Position numbers and translations under genes: made by a program
From: an uncultured bacterium
Lineage (GTDB): Bacteria > Zixibacteria > MSB-5A5 > UBA10806
Assembly: GCA_965541585.1 (NCBI GenBank)
Contig: CBEUCH010000021.1
Span: 1 to 44,560 of the forward strand
Reading direction: 5' to 3'
Length of the DNA: 44,560 nt
Part shown: piece by piece, positions 10,680 through 20,833 of the stretch
Numbering within the stretch: position 1 is the stretch's first letter
How the letters are laid out: every line of letters starts with the position of its first letter
Notes under the pieces: generated by a model
Seen by the model: the letters and a program-made list of their open reading frames with translations, nothing else
The model's database searches: none
What the model was told of the DNA's origin: nothing

Positions 10680-10761
10680 TTGTTGTTTTGTTTGATTTTC
10701 AATTAGTTACGAATTCTATTATGCAACAACAACAATATATTCCATAAATTTTTCTTGTCAA
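10680..10761 (-). promoter_or_regulatory. TrmB promoter with overlapping TTGTTGT...ACAACAA inverted repeat (span 53-56 bp)
   Basis: TTGACA (rc of 10756-10761), TATATT (rc of 10734-10739); arms at 10680-10686 and 10726-10735. Confidence 0.65.
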
Positions 10762-10986
10762 GTAAAAAATGGGCCTTTTGCTATTTTTTTTGGAGAAAGA
10801 TAAATAATGGCCTATATTTACTGGCATAATCGGCTTTATAAGCCGTGATAAATCGCAGTGATCAAACTTCCATATAGAGTGTGACCAAATTGTGACGGTT
10901 AATTGCAATGCGAACCTGTTAACTTCATTTATTGTAGAAATCCAGATTTTCTTCATATTGATTTGCAACCATTCAAAGCAATCTCA

Positions 10987-12111
10987 TTAACTGACTTCAA
11001 GTTGATAGATTACACCCTGTTCTTCTAAATACTCCTTAACATACTCAAAATTATTTTCAACCTCTCCAATATATTCAGGCGGTGAAATCCCTTTACGATT
11101 ATATTTATCCGACAATATCAGGTCGGCAACGGCTGTACAGGTATAACCGGTAGTACGCGCCATAGAAGTAGTATTGGTTTCAGAATCAAATCTATCCAAC
11201 ATCGAATAAGTATATGTCTTTGCTTTGTTATTTTCATTACCAGATATAATCAGACGCATTACCGTAATGTCTGGTTCTCCAGGCTGTATTATCCACTTAG
11301 GAAATAATAGGGCGGCTGTCAGATCAAATGGTCTAATAAAATTCTTGCCAACCTGCACTTTATCATATGAAAGGAATCCTGTGTCTCGCAGGACTCGTAA
11401 ATATTCGGTGATTCCAGGATATCGCAAAGTTTTCTCAACCATATTTGGTATATTCATGGTTTTTATTAGTGAACGCAACCCATCAGAATTCAAGCCCTCC
11501 AGCATACCAATTTCCGGAAATTCAAAAGATTCAGGTTCAGAAAGAGCTTCTTTGACGATCAAGTTACCGTCTTCAATAAAGCGTCCAGGTTGAAGGTATT
11601 CTTCGATGCATTCAATTGGTGGAAATACCGTTTTGTATTCCCAGGGCCATTCCCTGTTTTCGGGTAAACCGCCAACATAGCATTCATATTTATTTACATT
11701 CATTTGAGAATTGTGATAACCCAAAATTATGTTACTCATTCCCGGTGCAACGCCACAATCCACAATCGCAGTAACATTATTTTCCTTAGCTAATTCATCC
11801 AATTGAAATGGATCCTCTGAGAAGAACGATATGTCAACGATATTCTTACCAGCTCGAATAACATTTCTTAGAATCTCTAGACCCATATGGCCCGGAAGTG
11901 ATCCAATAACAATATCACAATCAGCAATAATTTTATTTAAGGATTCTTCTGATATATCGGCATGTATGGTTTCGATTCCATAATCGGTATTTAAAGCTTT
12001 AAGCGAATCCTGATTAATATCGACCGCAATTGTATGATATTTTTTCTGCAAATCAACAGCCATTGCTTTACCAACTAATCCAGCGCCTAAAACAACAATC
12101 TTCTTCTTCAG
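10987..12111 (-). CDS. Saccharopine dehydrogenase / lysine 6-dehydrogenase family NAD(P)-dependent oxidoreductase (probable CTG start)
   Basis: Motifs VDISFF, DCGVAPGMSN, YVGGLP, DGLRSL, EKTLRYPG and TSMARTTGY. The frame extends upstream of the track's ATG (12063) through KKKIVVLGAGLVG to a CTG at 12111 preceded by GGAGG. Confidence 0.9.
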   Translation of the reverse strand: MKKKIVVLGAGLVGKAMAVDLQKKYHTIAVDINQDSLKALNTDYGIETIHADISEESLNKIIADCDIVIGSLPGHMGLEILRNVIRAGKNIVDISFFSEDPFQLDELAKENNVTAIVDCGVAPGMSNIILGYHNSQMNVNKYECYVGGLPENREWPWEYKTVFPPIECIEEYLQPGRFIEDGNLIVKEALSEPESFEFPEIGMLEGLNSDGLRSLIKTMNIPNMVEKTLRYPGITEYLRVLRDTGFLSYDKVQVGKNFIRPFDLTAALLFPKWIIQPGEPDITVMRLIISGNENNKAKTYTYSMLDRFDSETNTTSMARTTGYTCTAVADLILSDKYNRKGISPPEYIGEVENNFEYVKEYLEEQGVIYQLEVS

Positions 12112-12345
12112 GAATCCTCCTTTTTTATCGAATATGGTAATATGGTGAAGCTATTTAAGATTGCCAATAGCAAAAAAACTGCAATTCACTATACGCTATA
12201 ATCCTGTTAAGGACGGGGAGTTACAAATAATGGGGCCGAAGAGTCTCGAATTCACCTAATATCGTAATGAACTAATTATATATGAGCGGATGGGGATATG
12301 CACCCCCCATCCTTCTATTGCCTGACATAGACTTACGAGCGGTAG

Positions 12346-12586
12346 TGTGACGGATTTGTGACTATTTTGCGTGGCAGATGACCTGCCCCCCCATAAATCG
12401 GTCCAGCATAAAAGTATGGCAGGATTAACTTGAGCCGTAGTACTATTACCGGGAACAAGACGATTTCCAAGGTTGCAATAGATGCTGTAACCTATTGTAT
12501 AATAAGGGATTAAACGGAGAGACTGGGATTCGAACCGAGTAGCGCCTCTTAGTACCAACGATTTATAGCAGCTGCTACAAATATGC
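12346..12586 (-). mobile_element. att-site scar: TGTGAC arm pair, orphan IS3-like end (12379-12405) and tRNA-Ser-like 3' fragment (12515-12536)
   Basis: CGGAGAGACTGGGATTCGAACC matches 1900-1920, and the following ~50 bp resemble 1921-1970. TGTGAC occurs at 12346 and 12357. Confidence 0.7.
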
Positions 12587-12721
12587 ACTGGAAATCTCTT
12601 TGAATAATTTAAATCAGACAAACTACTGAGACGAGCCCGAGATTCCTTCTTCGAGAATTCATCAGCCACACTATGCTATCGGACTATGATCATTATATTG
12701 GAAGGCTCCTGATCAATTCTG

Positions 12722-13555
12722 TCATCGTTTCTCAACGTTGTATAAAGAGTCAATAGTGGGATAGAGTTCGGTCCAGTAATATTTTAATGCGGGTAATGAT
12801 TGATTCTCGAGTAAATTGCGAATACTTTGTGTGGTCGCCGGTGACGCCGGCATGCCGTGCCAGGGTGGCTGAGCAGGCCGGATAACATTCTCATTTTTTA
12901 TCTCAGCCGGCGCCCTTGAAACAGATAGCACGGTTTCACGTTCGATATATATCGAATCGGGGGGGGCATTTTCAGAGGTCAACGCTTCGTTCTCACTTTC
13001 TATATATTCCTCTTCCATCTCCTCCAACTCTTCGTAAGTATACTGATTGATCAATGACGTACTATCGAATGTCGGAACGGCAGTAAAATCAATCGCTGAT
13101 CTGGTTTGCGCCGATGATTCATTTATGAAATTTTCATACCAGAGCTCATCAAAAAGAAATCGATAGAAATCGGCGATCTGATTTTCAGTCAAATTGTCAT
13201 CCAAATATCTCAGTAACCTCGAAATATTGTCGAAATATATTCCTCTATCCCTCTCAACCTGTATGTTATGATTCTGCAAGATAGCGATTTTCCTCTTTTC
13301 TTCTTTCGAAGACATTCTTTCTTCAAATACCGATAGTGTCTTAATAATCTCGAGGAAACTAAGCTGAACATTATCTATAAGCTCTCTGATGGTTTCAACT
13401 TCACTGGTATCGATATCCACAGAATTCACGATATTCTTAATTCGTTCAATTCGGATATTCCGTGACCTCTCATCGATGGTCTGCGCCGAAACAGCGAACA
13501 TCAAAACTAATATGAATAGAACCATCGCCGGACAGCATATTCTAAAATAATTCAT
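12722..13555 (-). CDS. Hypothetical secreted alpha-helical protein
   Basis: ORF with likely start MNYFRICC at 13555 (AAGGAG upstream) and signal peptide ..LMFAVSA; lies directly downstream of the 1209-aa gene. Confidence 0.75.
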   Translation of the reverse strand: MNYFRICCPAMVLFILVLMFAVSAQTIDERSRNIRIERIKNIVNSVDIDTSEVETIRELIDNVQLSFLEIIKTLSVFEERMSSKEEKRKIAILQNHNIQVERDRGIYFDNISRLLRYLDDNLTENQIADFYRFLFDELWYENFINESSAQTRSAIDFTAVPTFDSTSLINQYTYEELEEMEEEYIESENEALTSENAPPDSIYIERETVLSVSRAPAEIKNENVIRPAQPPWHGMPASPATTQSIRNLLENQSLPALKYYWTELYPTIDSLYNVEKR

Positions 13556-13574
13556 ACTTCGCTCCTTCAAAAAA

Positions 13575-16500
13575 TTATTGCCATACGATTTCAACAGTAC
13601 CTATCAACCAGTCATCTTTGTCAGGGATAAAGGTATTAATGACAACGTCATTTCCTGATCGCACTATAGACCAGTAAACTGTATTGTCATCTTCCTCATG
13701 GGCATAACCGTTTAAGCCTTTAATATTGCATTTGCCCGGGCGTCCTTTAATACGAAATGCCCATGCCGGATGACCGGTACATTGTACATTTGAGCCGCAG
13801 AATGATTGGTTTCCTTTATTCCTGATGAAGAAATGCCAGACCTCTTTTCCGGGCATATCCGCAGCCGGGGCTGTTTCCTGGATGGCCATACCAAAAACCG
13901 GATGAACCTCGGTTCTGGCGGCATGAGCTCCGTCATGAGTCCAGATCCCGAGTACTATCGCTTTTTTACCATCAACAACTTGTTGATAATAATATTTTCC
14001 CATAACCCCTACTGCCTCGAAACCGGGTGATCCGGACCCGGCAATACCATCGAAATTCTGCCAGTAAGGATGACTATTCCAATCTTCGAATGTCTCTTCT
14101 CTGTCGATTTCCAATGTTAGTATAGGCACATTACCGGTGGAATCGAGATAGCTTTTTATATAAGTATATTTGTCCCCTGGCCAGTCATTAGCATCGCATT
14201 TACCACCCTCCGGACATTCCAGTCTCTCATGAATATCTAAATTGGGATCGAGATTAAAAAATCTCTGAGTATTTATAGTGACTCCTGTTCCCGGAGGCGT
14301 TTTTAGTCCGAAATTGCTGTCCATATCGAAAAATGAATTAACATAGCTTTCAAAATAAAGCTCGCCCGTGAACAAGACCGGCATCTGGTAATTTATAAAA
14401 GGTCCGCAGAATGTGCCAGTTGTAAAGAATACGCGATGAGCGAACCCCGGGACATCCTTTACCTTTGAATCATTAAACAGTTTCGATACTCCCCAAACAT
14501 GACTTGTATATTTTGAGGGAACGAAATTCCCCCAGCCACCATGAAAGTGGGGATTGAGCGGGAGGTAATTATCGGGATCAATCTCCCAGTAATCCATATC
14601 GAACGGCCATTGCCCCACATGAGCCGGATTGGCGGGCGGGATAAGGAATTCAGAGGTATTTAATCCCAGGCTGTCTGAAACCAGAAATGTGAATTTACTT
14701 CCCCTCATTTTTACCTTCTGGCCGAACCATCCTACTCTAACATCGCCAGGTGTTATCCAGCCCGATTCCAAAAATTGCCCTTCGTTAAGATAATCAGAAT
14801 ATACCTCGACTTTATTGGCCATATACACCGTATCAAGTTGCCCGACAATATAATATTCCCCGCCGCCGAGAGGATTGACCTCCCAGATCCTGAGCCATGG
14901 CTGATCACCATGGGCGCCGAGTAGAAGGCTGATTCCCTTTCCGGCATTATGATGGATCGAATTTAAGGTAATGCCATTTTTCTTACAATCGATACCTTCT
15001 ATATGAACGCCGTCTCCGTTATTATAAGCGATTTCGTTGCCCCAGTCGGGCCCACCGCCTATAACGTTTTCCTGAGCGTCCCAGTAGAGAGCGACTCCCT
15101 GTACGTTACCGATTTGATCCCCGCTCTTATTAGTACCTATCCAGTTATTTCGGATCAGGTTGTATTTTGCATTGGTGTCGAGCCTTATTCCCGCGCCGCT
15201 ATTGCCGGAAATTACGTTTCCATAGCCATCGTTATCCCCGCCGATAATATTGGCTTCGCTCGCGGTTGTTAAAAATATTCCTCTATGGATATTCGGTATC
15301 GCCTGATTGCCATTGGCGTTAGTACCGATAAAATTGCCCTCGATCTTATTTATAACCGACTTGCGATTGGCCGATCTCTTCATTACGATTCCATCCCTGT
15401 TGCCGCTAATGACATTTCTAAGATTTTCACGGCCGCCGCCGATTCTGTTTCCATGCGACCCTATCAACAATATTCCATCGAGATCGTTGCCTACCGCCGT
15501 ATTACCATCCGCTCCCAGCCCGATAAAGCTGCCGACCACCGTATTCAGATCGCTTTCTGAAATCCTGATTCCATATTCGCGGTTGCCGCTGATTATTTTG
15601 CATCCTTTATCGCAATTATTCCGCGTTCGGGAGCAAGCCCCGCCTATGGCATTGTTTTTTGAACCGTTTTCTATTGAGATTCCTGTCTTGTTGGATAGCC
15701 TGGTTAAACCGTCTGTTTTTACACCAATATAATTTCCTTCGACCGATGTATTTGTAACGCCGCCCAAAAGTAAGATACCATTATTCTGATTGCCAGAAAT
15801 CAGGTTACCCCGATCGGGTTCGCCAAGCTTGTTATTGCTCGCCGCGGCCCGGACTGACACACCCGCCTGATTTCCCATTCCTCCATGTTGTCGTGAGTTT
15901 GTACCGATATAATTACAAATTAACTTATTGCCCCTCCCCTCAATCCGCACACCCGCCCCATTGAAATTATAAATGGCGAGACCCTTTATGACATTGCGGT
16001 TTCCGGGAATATAAATTCCCCGATTTATCTCCTGCCCGTCTATTTCAATTACAGGTCGCAAGCAGTCGCCGAGATCCGGCAAATCAGATAACGGAGCCGC
16101 TATATTCCCGAGACTGCCGTCGATTATAGTCTCATTATCTCTTAATCCTGGAAGTTCGCTGGTCAAATCAATAACCCAGACGCCTGACTGGGAATCGTAT
16201 CCTGGATCCCCTTGAGGTATCTTAAATGCGATGGTATCCGGCCCCGGATTATCGTTGGCCCATATTATTCCCTCACGTAATGAGAGCGGCTTCTGAGGAT
16301 CATTCCGATGGCCGAATATCTGATCATCGGTTGTCGTAACAACTTTCGATGGGTATACTACGATTTCCTCGACCTCGTAAATTTCCGAATTATACTCGAA
16401 TGTCCAGATTTCACTTCTGCCCTCGTTCTCACCAATAGGATATCCATCGCTATCCAGCGCTTGAATCTGCCAGGCATATTGTTTTTCATCCTCAAATTCC

Positions 16501-17204
16501 CTGGCGCCGACAGGATATTGAAACGATGTTAATATTATCTCCGATTCCTCATAATGAGCCAGGTTCTCGATAGCGTCGCCTGGAGTCTGACCATGATAGA
16601 TTTCGCAAATCTTAAAAGTATAATAGACTTGATCCTCAGTGGGAATCGGGATCGGCTCCGTCCATTGGAATAACGGCGAATTGAATATTACAGTACTTTC
16701 ATCCAGGGGTGAGATCAATCGTGGAGCCGATGGCCATGTAGCCGAGAAGTTGAAACAATCTCGTCCTAATAATTCCCTCGCTTCCAGGCCAATAACTTCG
16801 ATACATACCAGATAATTTCCGGCAGGGAATCGCCCAAGCCTTCTTATCGTCTGTTCGAATTCTGAGTTAAACTCCTGATCATGAACATCATCGATATCGC
16901 CGGAAAATATCGTCCTGCCGCCCGGCGATATGATCAGGTTACTGCTACGGCCGCCGAACATCAGGCCTCTATTCTCCTCGTCGACGCTGCCAAGAAGATA
17001 AACTTCGTAACTTTCCTGTTCATTATTGATTATCTGCAACGACCAGAGATCTTCGAGGTAAAGATCATAACCCGGAGGGGAATTCAGAATAACCGTCCAG
17101 TCAGGATTTTGCGCTGATGCCTGACCGAAGAAGAGCGAGTTTATAATCAATATTGATGCCGAAGTTGTCAGCAAATACCTGGCCCTGGCTAATATGTCTT
17201 TCAC
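13575..17204 (-). CDS. Secreted protein: TANFOR-like/Fn3 N-terminal module, CSLREA-like motif, parallel beta-helix repeats and unknown C-terminal domain
   Basis: 'GRFPAGNYLVCIEV...C...PRLISP...PLFQW...Y..KICEI..GQTP..AI..YAWQIQA....ENEGRSEIWTF' resembles TANFOR-type modules; 'VVTTTDD...LSLREGIIWANDNPGPDTIAF'; repeated GN.IG / N.ISGN units. Confidence 0.85.
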   Translation of the reverse strand: MKDILARARYLLTTSASILIINSLFFGQASAQNPDWTVILNSPPGYDLYLEDLWSLQIINNEQESYEVYLLGSVDEENRGLMFGGRSSNLIISPGGRTIFSGDIDDVHDQEFNSEFEQTIRRLGRFPAGNYLVCIEVIGLEARELLGRDCFNFSATWPSAPRLISPLDESTVIFNSPLFQWTEPIPIPTEDQVYYTFKICEIYHGQTPGDAIENLAHYEESEIILTSFQYPVGAREFEDEKQYAWQIQALDSDGYPIGENEGRSEIWTFEYNSEIYEVEEIVVYPSKVVTTTDDQIFGHRNDPQKPLSLREGIIWANDNPGPDTIAFKIPQGDPGYDSQSGVWVIDLTSELPGLRDNETIIDGSLGNIAAPLSDLPDLGDCLRPVIEIDGQEINRGIYIPGNRNVIKGLAIYNFNGAGVRIEGRGNKLICNYIGTNSRQHGGMGNQAGVSVRAAASNNKLGEPDRGNLISGNQNNGILLLGGVTNTSVEGNYIGVKTDGLTRLSNKTGISIENGSKNNAIGGACSRTRNNCDKGCKIISGNREYGIRISESDLNTVVGSFIGLGADGNTAVGNDLDGILLIGSHGNRIGGGRENLRNVISGNRDGIVMKRSANRKSVINKIEGNFIGTNANGNQAIPNIHRGIFLTTASEANIIGGDNDGYGNVISGNSGAGIRLDTNAKYNLIRNNWIGTNKSGDQIGNVQGVALYWDAQENVIGGGPDWGNEIAYNNGDGVHIEGIDCKKNGITLNSIHHNAGKGISLLLGAHGDQPWLRIWEVNPLGGGEYYIVGQLDTVYMANKVEVYSDYLNEGQFLESGWITPGDVRVGWFGQKVKMRGSKFTFLVSDSLGLNTSEFLIPPANPAHVGQWPFDMDYWEIDPDNYLPLNPHFHGGWGNFVPSKYTSHVWGVSKLFNDSKVKDVPGFAHRVFFTTGTFCGPFINYQMPVLFTGELYFESYVNSFFDMDSNFGLKTPPGTGVTINTQRFFNLDPNLDIHERLECPEGGKCDANDWPGDKYTYIKSYLDSTGNVPILTLEIDREETFEDWNSHPYWQNFDGIAGSGSPGFEAVGVMGKYYYQQVVDGKKAIVLGIWTHDGAHAARTEVHPVFGMAIQETAPAADMPGKEVWHFFIRNKGNQSFCGSNVQCTGHPAWAFRIKGRPGKCNIKGLNGYAHEEDDNTVYWSIVRSGNDVVINTFIPDKDDWLIGTVEIVWQ

Positions 17205-17228
17205 ATTTCACTCCTTTTATTCATATAC

Positions 17229-18974
17229 TCACAGATTTTTTCCGCCCCCGAAACTCTGTTCGAATGTCAATCTTATCAGGAACTCATCATAATCGTCATC
17301 AATTGAAATTTCCTTCCCGAAATTAACGATTTCAATCCTAAGGTTGAGACTGGTTTTATTGTGACGATAAATTGCCTTAAAACCATATGTCTTTTTCGAC
17401 GATTTATCATCCTGAAATGAACCGGAAATGTCGCCTGAATTGTAATGGAAATATACTCTGGTTGTCAGATTATTCTGCAGGGCCTTATGAACCGCCGCCA
17501 ACCTATACGACCATCGGGCCTCCTTACCTACGTCACTCTCGTACGATCTGCTTGACCATCCGATGCCTGCAATCAACTTCACTGGAATGTCAAGCTGCGT
17601 GGAGGACGCAAAACTGATTCTATGAAAATTATAATCGGTCGGTATATCAATCGATGTTCTTCTATCATTAAATATCGAAATCGAATAGCCTAACTTGATA
17701 TTGTGCGATTTCCCCAGCATCTTGATTTTATTGGATATGGTCATGCCCAGTAAATGATTCAGATTATCTACGGCAAAACTGGAATCATCGTTATTACTTA
17801 ACTTATAAAATCGGTAACTCAAATTCAATGATGGCTTATTTCGAACCGTGAAATGCATGTTGATTAATCCGGAATTCGTATTTGTTGTCGTCCTTTTCTG
17901 ACCGTTGAGATTATCGCGAGATAAATCGTAACCAAGTTTCAAAATGAATTTTCCTCTAGCAAACCTGTGATCCCAACTCGTATTTATCTTCCTGATATCG
18001 TTATGAATATAAGAGGTGCCGAGCGATCTAAATCCGGGCCCGATATTGGCAAAGACGACCCGACCATTGCCGTCGCCTGAAGATAACCTCGATTCCAGAC
18101 GCGTCGCAAGATCATACTGGCTGCTGATCCTGGGCGTATAGAAATTAGTTATGAATTCCGGGGCGTCGCCCGATATGTCGATTTCAGCGCTATTTAGATC
18201 TCTGCTGAAGGCGCTTCCGGTAAATTCTCCGATCATGATTAGTTTTTTATTGAACATAGTATGACGCGCGTTAATCCCGACTAATAAATTCTCTTCGGGC
18301 TTGAGGTTGCCCGTAGAAGCCAGCGAACTTGCGTCGTCTTTTATTTTCACCCAATTCAGATGGGCGCTTGAGCCCTTCTTTTCCCCATATCCAATTTTGA
18401 ATCCGTAAAGCGTTTGCTTAAAACTCGCCGTGCCTCCGATCGATTGCTCAATCGCTCTTCTGGTCCTGCCATACGTTGTCGCAAGGAGAAATCGACCAGG
18501 ATGAAGGTCAATCTCGCCTCCGCGTACCATGATACCATTGAGAGTATACTTCGAGTAATCCGGATAAACATCGCCCAATCCGATATCAATCCAATTATTT
18601 CCGGTTTTAACGCTGAATCTATTGAAATACTGACGTATGCTTTTTTCTAACGATGACAATCGTAGTCTGAGATCAACGGGCGGTAATCCCGGTATTGATA
18701 ATTCGCCCGATAAATATGATGACCTTACCCATTCAGGCCGCTTCTGATTCTTGCCGGTGATATCATCATAGATTAACTCGGCATGAAATTGCCCCGAAAA
18801 CCTGATAGACCGCTCGACCGGGATAGAGGGCTGCGCTATGCACGATGGCGAAAGGTAGAATGAATAGATAATAATGACTATAATCGGAAGGATGTATATT
18901 GGATAACTGTTTATCTGCCCCTCTCCGTCAATCCTCAACGCGCTTGCTCCATTGTGTGAATTCGATAATTGCAA
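17229..18974 (-). CDS. Putative outer-membrane beta-barrel protein partnered with the TANFOR-like gene
   Basis: 581-aa ORF with alternating amphipathic strands and motifs 'GLGDVYPDYSKYTLNG..VRG', 'GPGFRSLG..Y..ND', 'RDNL'. The start position is uncertain. Confidence 0.75.
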   Translation of the reverse strand: MQLSNSHNGASALRIDGEGQINSYPIYILPIIVIIIYSFYLSPSCIAQPSIPVERSIRFSGQFHAELIYDDITGKNQKRPEWVRSSYLSGELSIPGLPPVDLRLRLSSLEKSIRQYFNRFSVKTGNNWIDIGLGDVYPDYSKYTLNGIMVRGGEIDLHPGRFLLATTYGRTRRAIEQSIGGTASFKQTLYGFKIGYGEKKGSSAHLNWVKIKDDASSLASTGNLKPEENLLVGINARHTMFNKKLIMIGEFTGSAFSRDLNSAEIDISGDAPEFITNFYTPRISSQYDLATRLESRLSSGDGNGRVVFANIGPGFRSLGTSYIHNDIRKINTSWDHRFARGKFILKLGYDLSRDNLNGQKRTTTNTNSGLINMHFTVRNKPSLNLSYRFYKLSNNDDSSFAVDNLNHLLGMTISNKIKMLGKSHNIKLGYSISIFNDRRTSIDIPTDYNFHRISFASSTQLDIPVKLIAGIGWSSRSYESDVGKEARWSYRLAAVHKALQNNLTTRVYFHYNSGDISGSFQDDKSSKKTYGFKAIYRHNKTSLNLRIEIVNFGKEISIDDDYDEFLIRLTFEQSFGGGKNL

Positions 18975-19293
18975 TATCGTGATTAAGACCGTCGATGCTT
19001 CCCCAGGTTGAATTCCATCAGCTATTAGATAGTATTATATCTGGGATTCTATTACAAGCAATGGATTTAAGATTATCCTGAGATAAACTGCAATTCTGAA
19101 TTCTTAACATGGTTATTCTGGAGGGACGGAATACTTCAGAGGATTAATCAGCTGACTATGCTGAAAGTATCCTGATTTACTGCTCCCGTCCAACCACAAA
19201 GAAACTTGACTTATGCTATGGCAGGACTGACTGACTTGTTCTGCTCCCCATCTTTGGTCCAGTTTGAATGAGAATTTACGTTTTATTTTTCTT

Positions 19294-20144
19294 CTAAGCA
19301 ACCTCGATCTCCGCGATCCTGGACTTAGCTACAAACTCTGCCGGGGATTGGTATCCCAACGAGCTGTGAGGTCGACCTGTGTTGTATTCCTGGCGCCAGG
19401 CTCCGATCTTCTCCTTTGCATCTTCCAGTGACATAAACCAATGTTCGTTAAGGCACTCCTGCCGAAAGCGCGAATTAAATGCTTCAATCAAAGCGTTATC
19501 AGTGGGTTTGCCAGGACGACTGAAGTCCAGCTCAACGTGGTTCCAATAAGCCCAACGATCGAGATCCTTGGAAATGAACTCCGGGCCGTTATCGACTTGT
19601 ATGCGTTCCGGGAGGCCATGTTGCTTGCTGATTCGCTCCAACACACCCACAACGTCAATCCCCCGAATTCGCTGCCCAACCTTTAACGCCAAGCTCTCAT
19701 GGGTGTGATTGTCGACTATCGGCAAGATCCGGAGACGACGACCATCATAAAGCTGATCCGACACGAAATCCATGCTCCAGCAGTCGTTCTTCGCCTTGGC
19801 CGAGGCCGTAATCTCTCGCTTCACACTGGCCACCCGCCGGCGAGGTGGCTTCTTTCGCAAGGCCAATCCTTCTTCTCGATACAGGCGATAAACACGCTTA
19901 TGGTTGACTGACCAGCCTTCCCGCTGCAGCAGAACGTGCAACCGGCGGTAACCATACCCAATCCGACACCCGGCCAACTCCTTCAATCGCATCCGTAAGC
20001 CTTCCTGTCGATCAGCCACGCCTGGTAGCGATGACTCGACCGGTGCCATCCCAGACCTCCACAGGCCCGCCGTTCACTGATCTGATATGCCATTTCCATC
20101 TCGACTACCAGTTCCCGACGTACGGCAGGCCTCAAAGCTTTTTT
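19294..20144 (-). pseudogene. IS3 transposase OrfB (DDE/rve) with an additional frameshift near 20021
   Basis: WSMDF, DNGPEF and N..IE.FN...R.ECLN motifs. The -1 frame after the slippery site reads ALRPAVRR..SERRAC..LGWHRSSHRYQ and then needs another shift to reach VADRQEGLRMRLKELA. Confidence 0.85.
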
Positions 20145-20395
20145 GATAGCACATCCTGCAGCATCTGTTTGTCCAGCGTCAAATCAGCCACTAAGCGTTT
20201 GAGGCGGCGGTTCTCCTCCTCCAGTTGCTTCAGCCTACGAACCTCGGATACACCCATACCGCCAGACTGCTTCTTCCAGCGGTAGAATGTTGCCTCACTT
20301 ATGCCCATCTTGCGCGTGATCTCCACCACCGGTGTTCCCGAAGCAGCCTGCCGCAATGCAAAGGCGATCTGCTGCCCGGTAAATCGTTTCTTCAT
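20132..20395 (-). CDS. IS3 transposase OrfA (HTH)
   Basis: MKKRFTGQQIAFALRQA..G.PV.EI.RKMGISEATFYRWKK...LKQLEEENRRLKRLVADL.LDKQMLQDVLSKKL. Confidence 0.93.
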   Translation of the reverse strand: MKKRFTGQQIAFALRQAASGTPVVEITRKMGISEATFYRWKKQSGGMGVSEVRRLKQLEEENRRLKRLVADLTLDKQMLQDVLSKKL

Positions 20396-20833
20396 CCTGG
20401 CCTCCCTTCCGTCCAATGGCTCAATATAACTAAAAATCTCTCATCCGAAATGGACCAGGATTCGGGGAGCAGAACACCAGGTCTCGTAAGTAAACCAGTT
20501 CATTCATATCTTAGGATACTCTGACAGCGGCAATTGACTCCAATATTAATCATAAGATAGATGCGAGAAGATACAGTATCAATCTTTAAAAAAGGCGAGT
20601 CCTGCATATTCCGGCCACATTAAAATATGTAGTCTTGTCACTTTTGAATTCCTCAGCAATTTTTCTATCATAAATTAACTACACTGCCTTTATAATTCGT
20701 TTATCCACAAGCAGTTGTCAATAATAATCAGACGCAAAGGATAGTTTTCAAAAAAGGAACTTTTGTTTGATTTATCAGTTATAGTAGTCTGCAAAGCTTG
20801 ACAATTTGAAGAAAATTAATAAATTAAGGCGGA

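Larger units (their letters stand above)
19237..20476 (-). mobile_element. IS3-family insertion sequence (1240 bp), apparently inactivated
   Basis: Terminal IRs TGTTCTGCTCCCC..TGGTCCA..ATGAGA at 19237-19273 and 20439-20476 (TG...CA ends); orfA/orfB with an A6G slippery site at 20138-20144; no flanking direct repeat. Confidence 0.95.

Noticed and set aside
12256..12669. 137-aa minus-strand ORF
   Set aside because: It spans an att core, arm repeats and an IS-like end, and shows no protein-like features.
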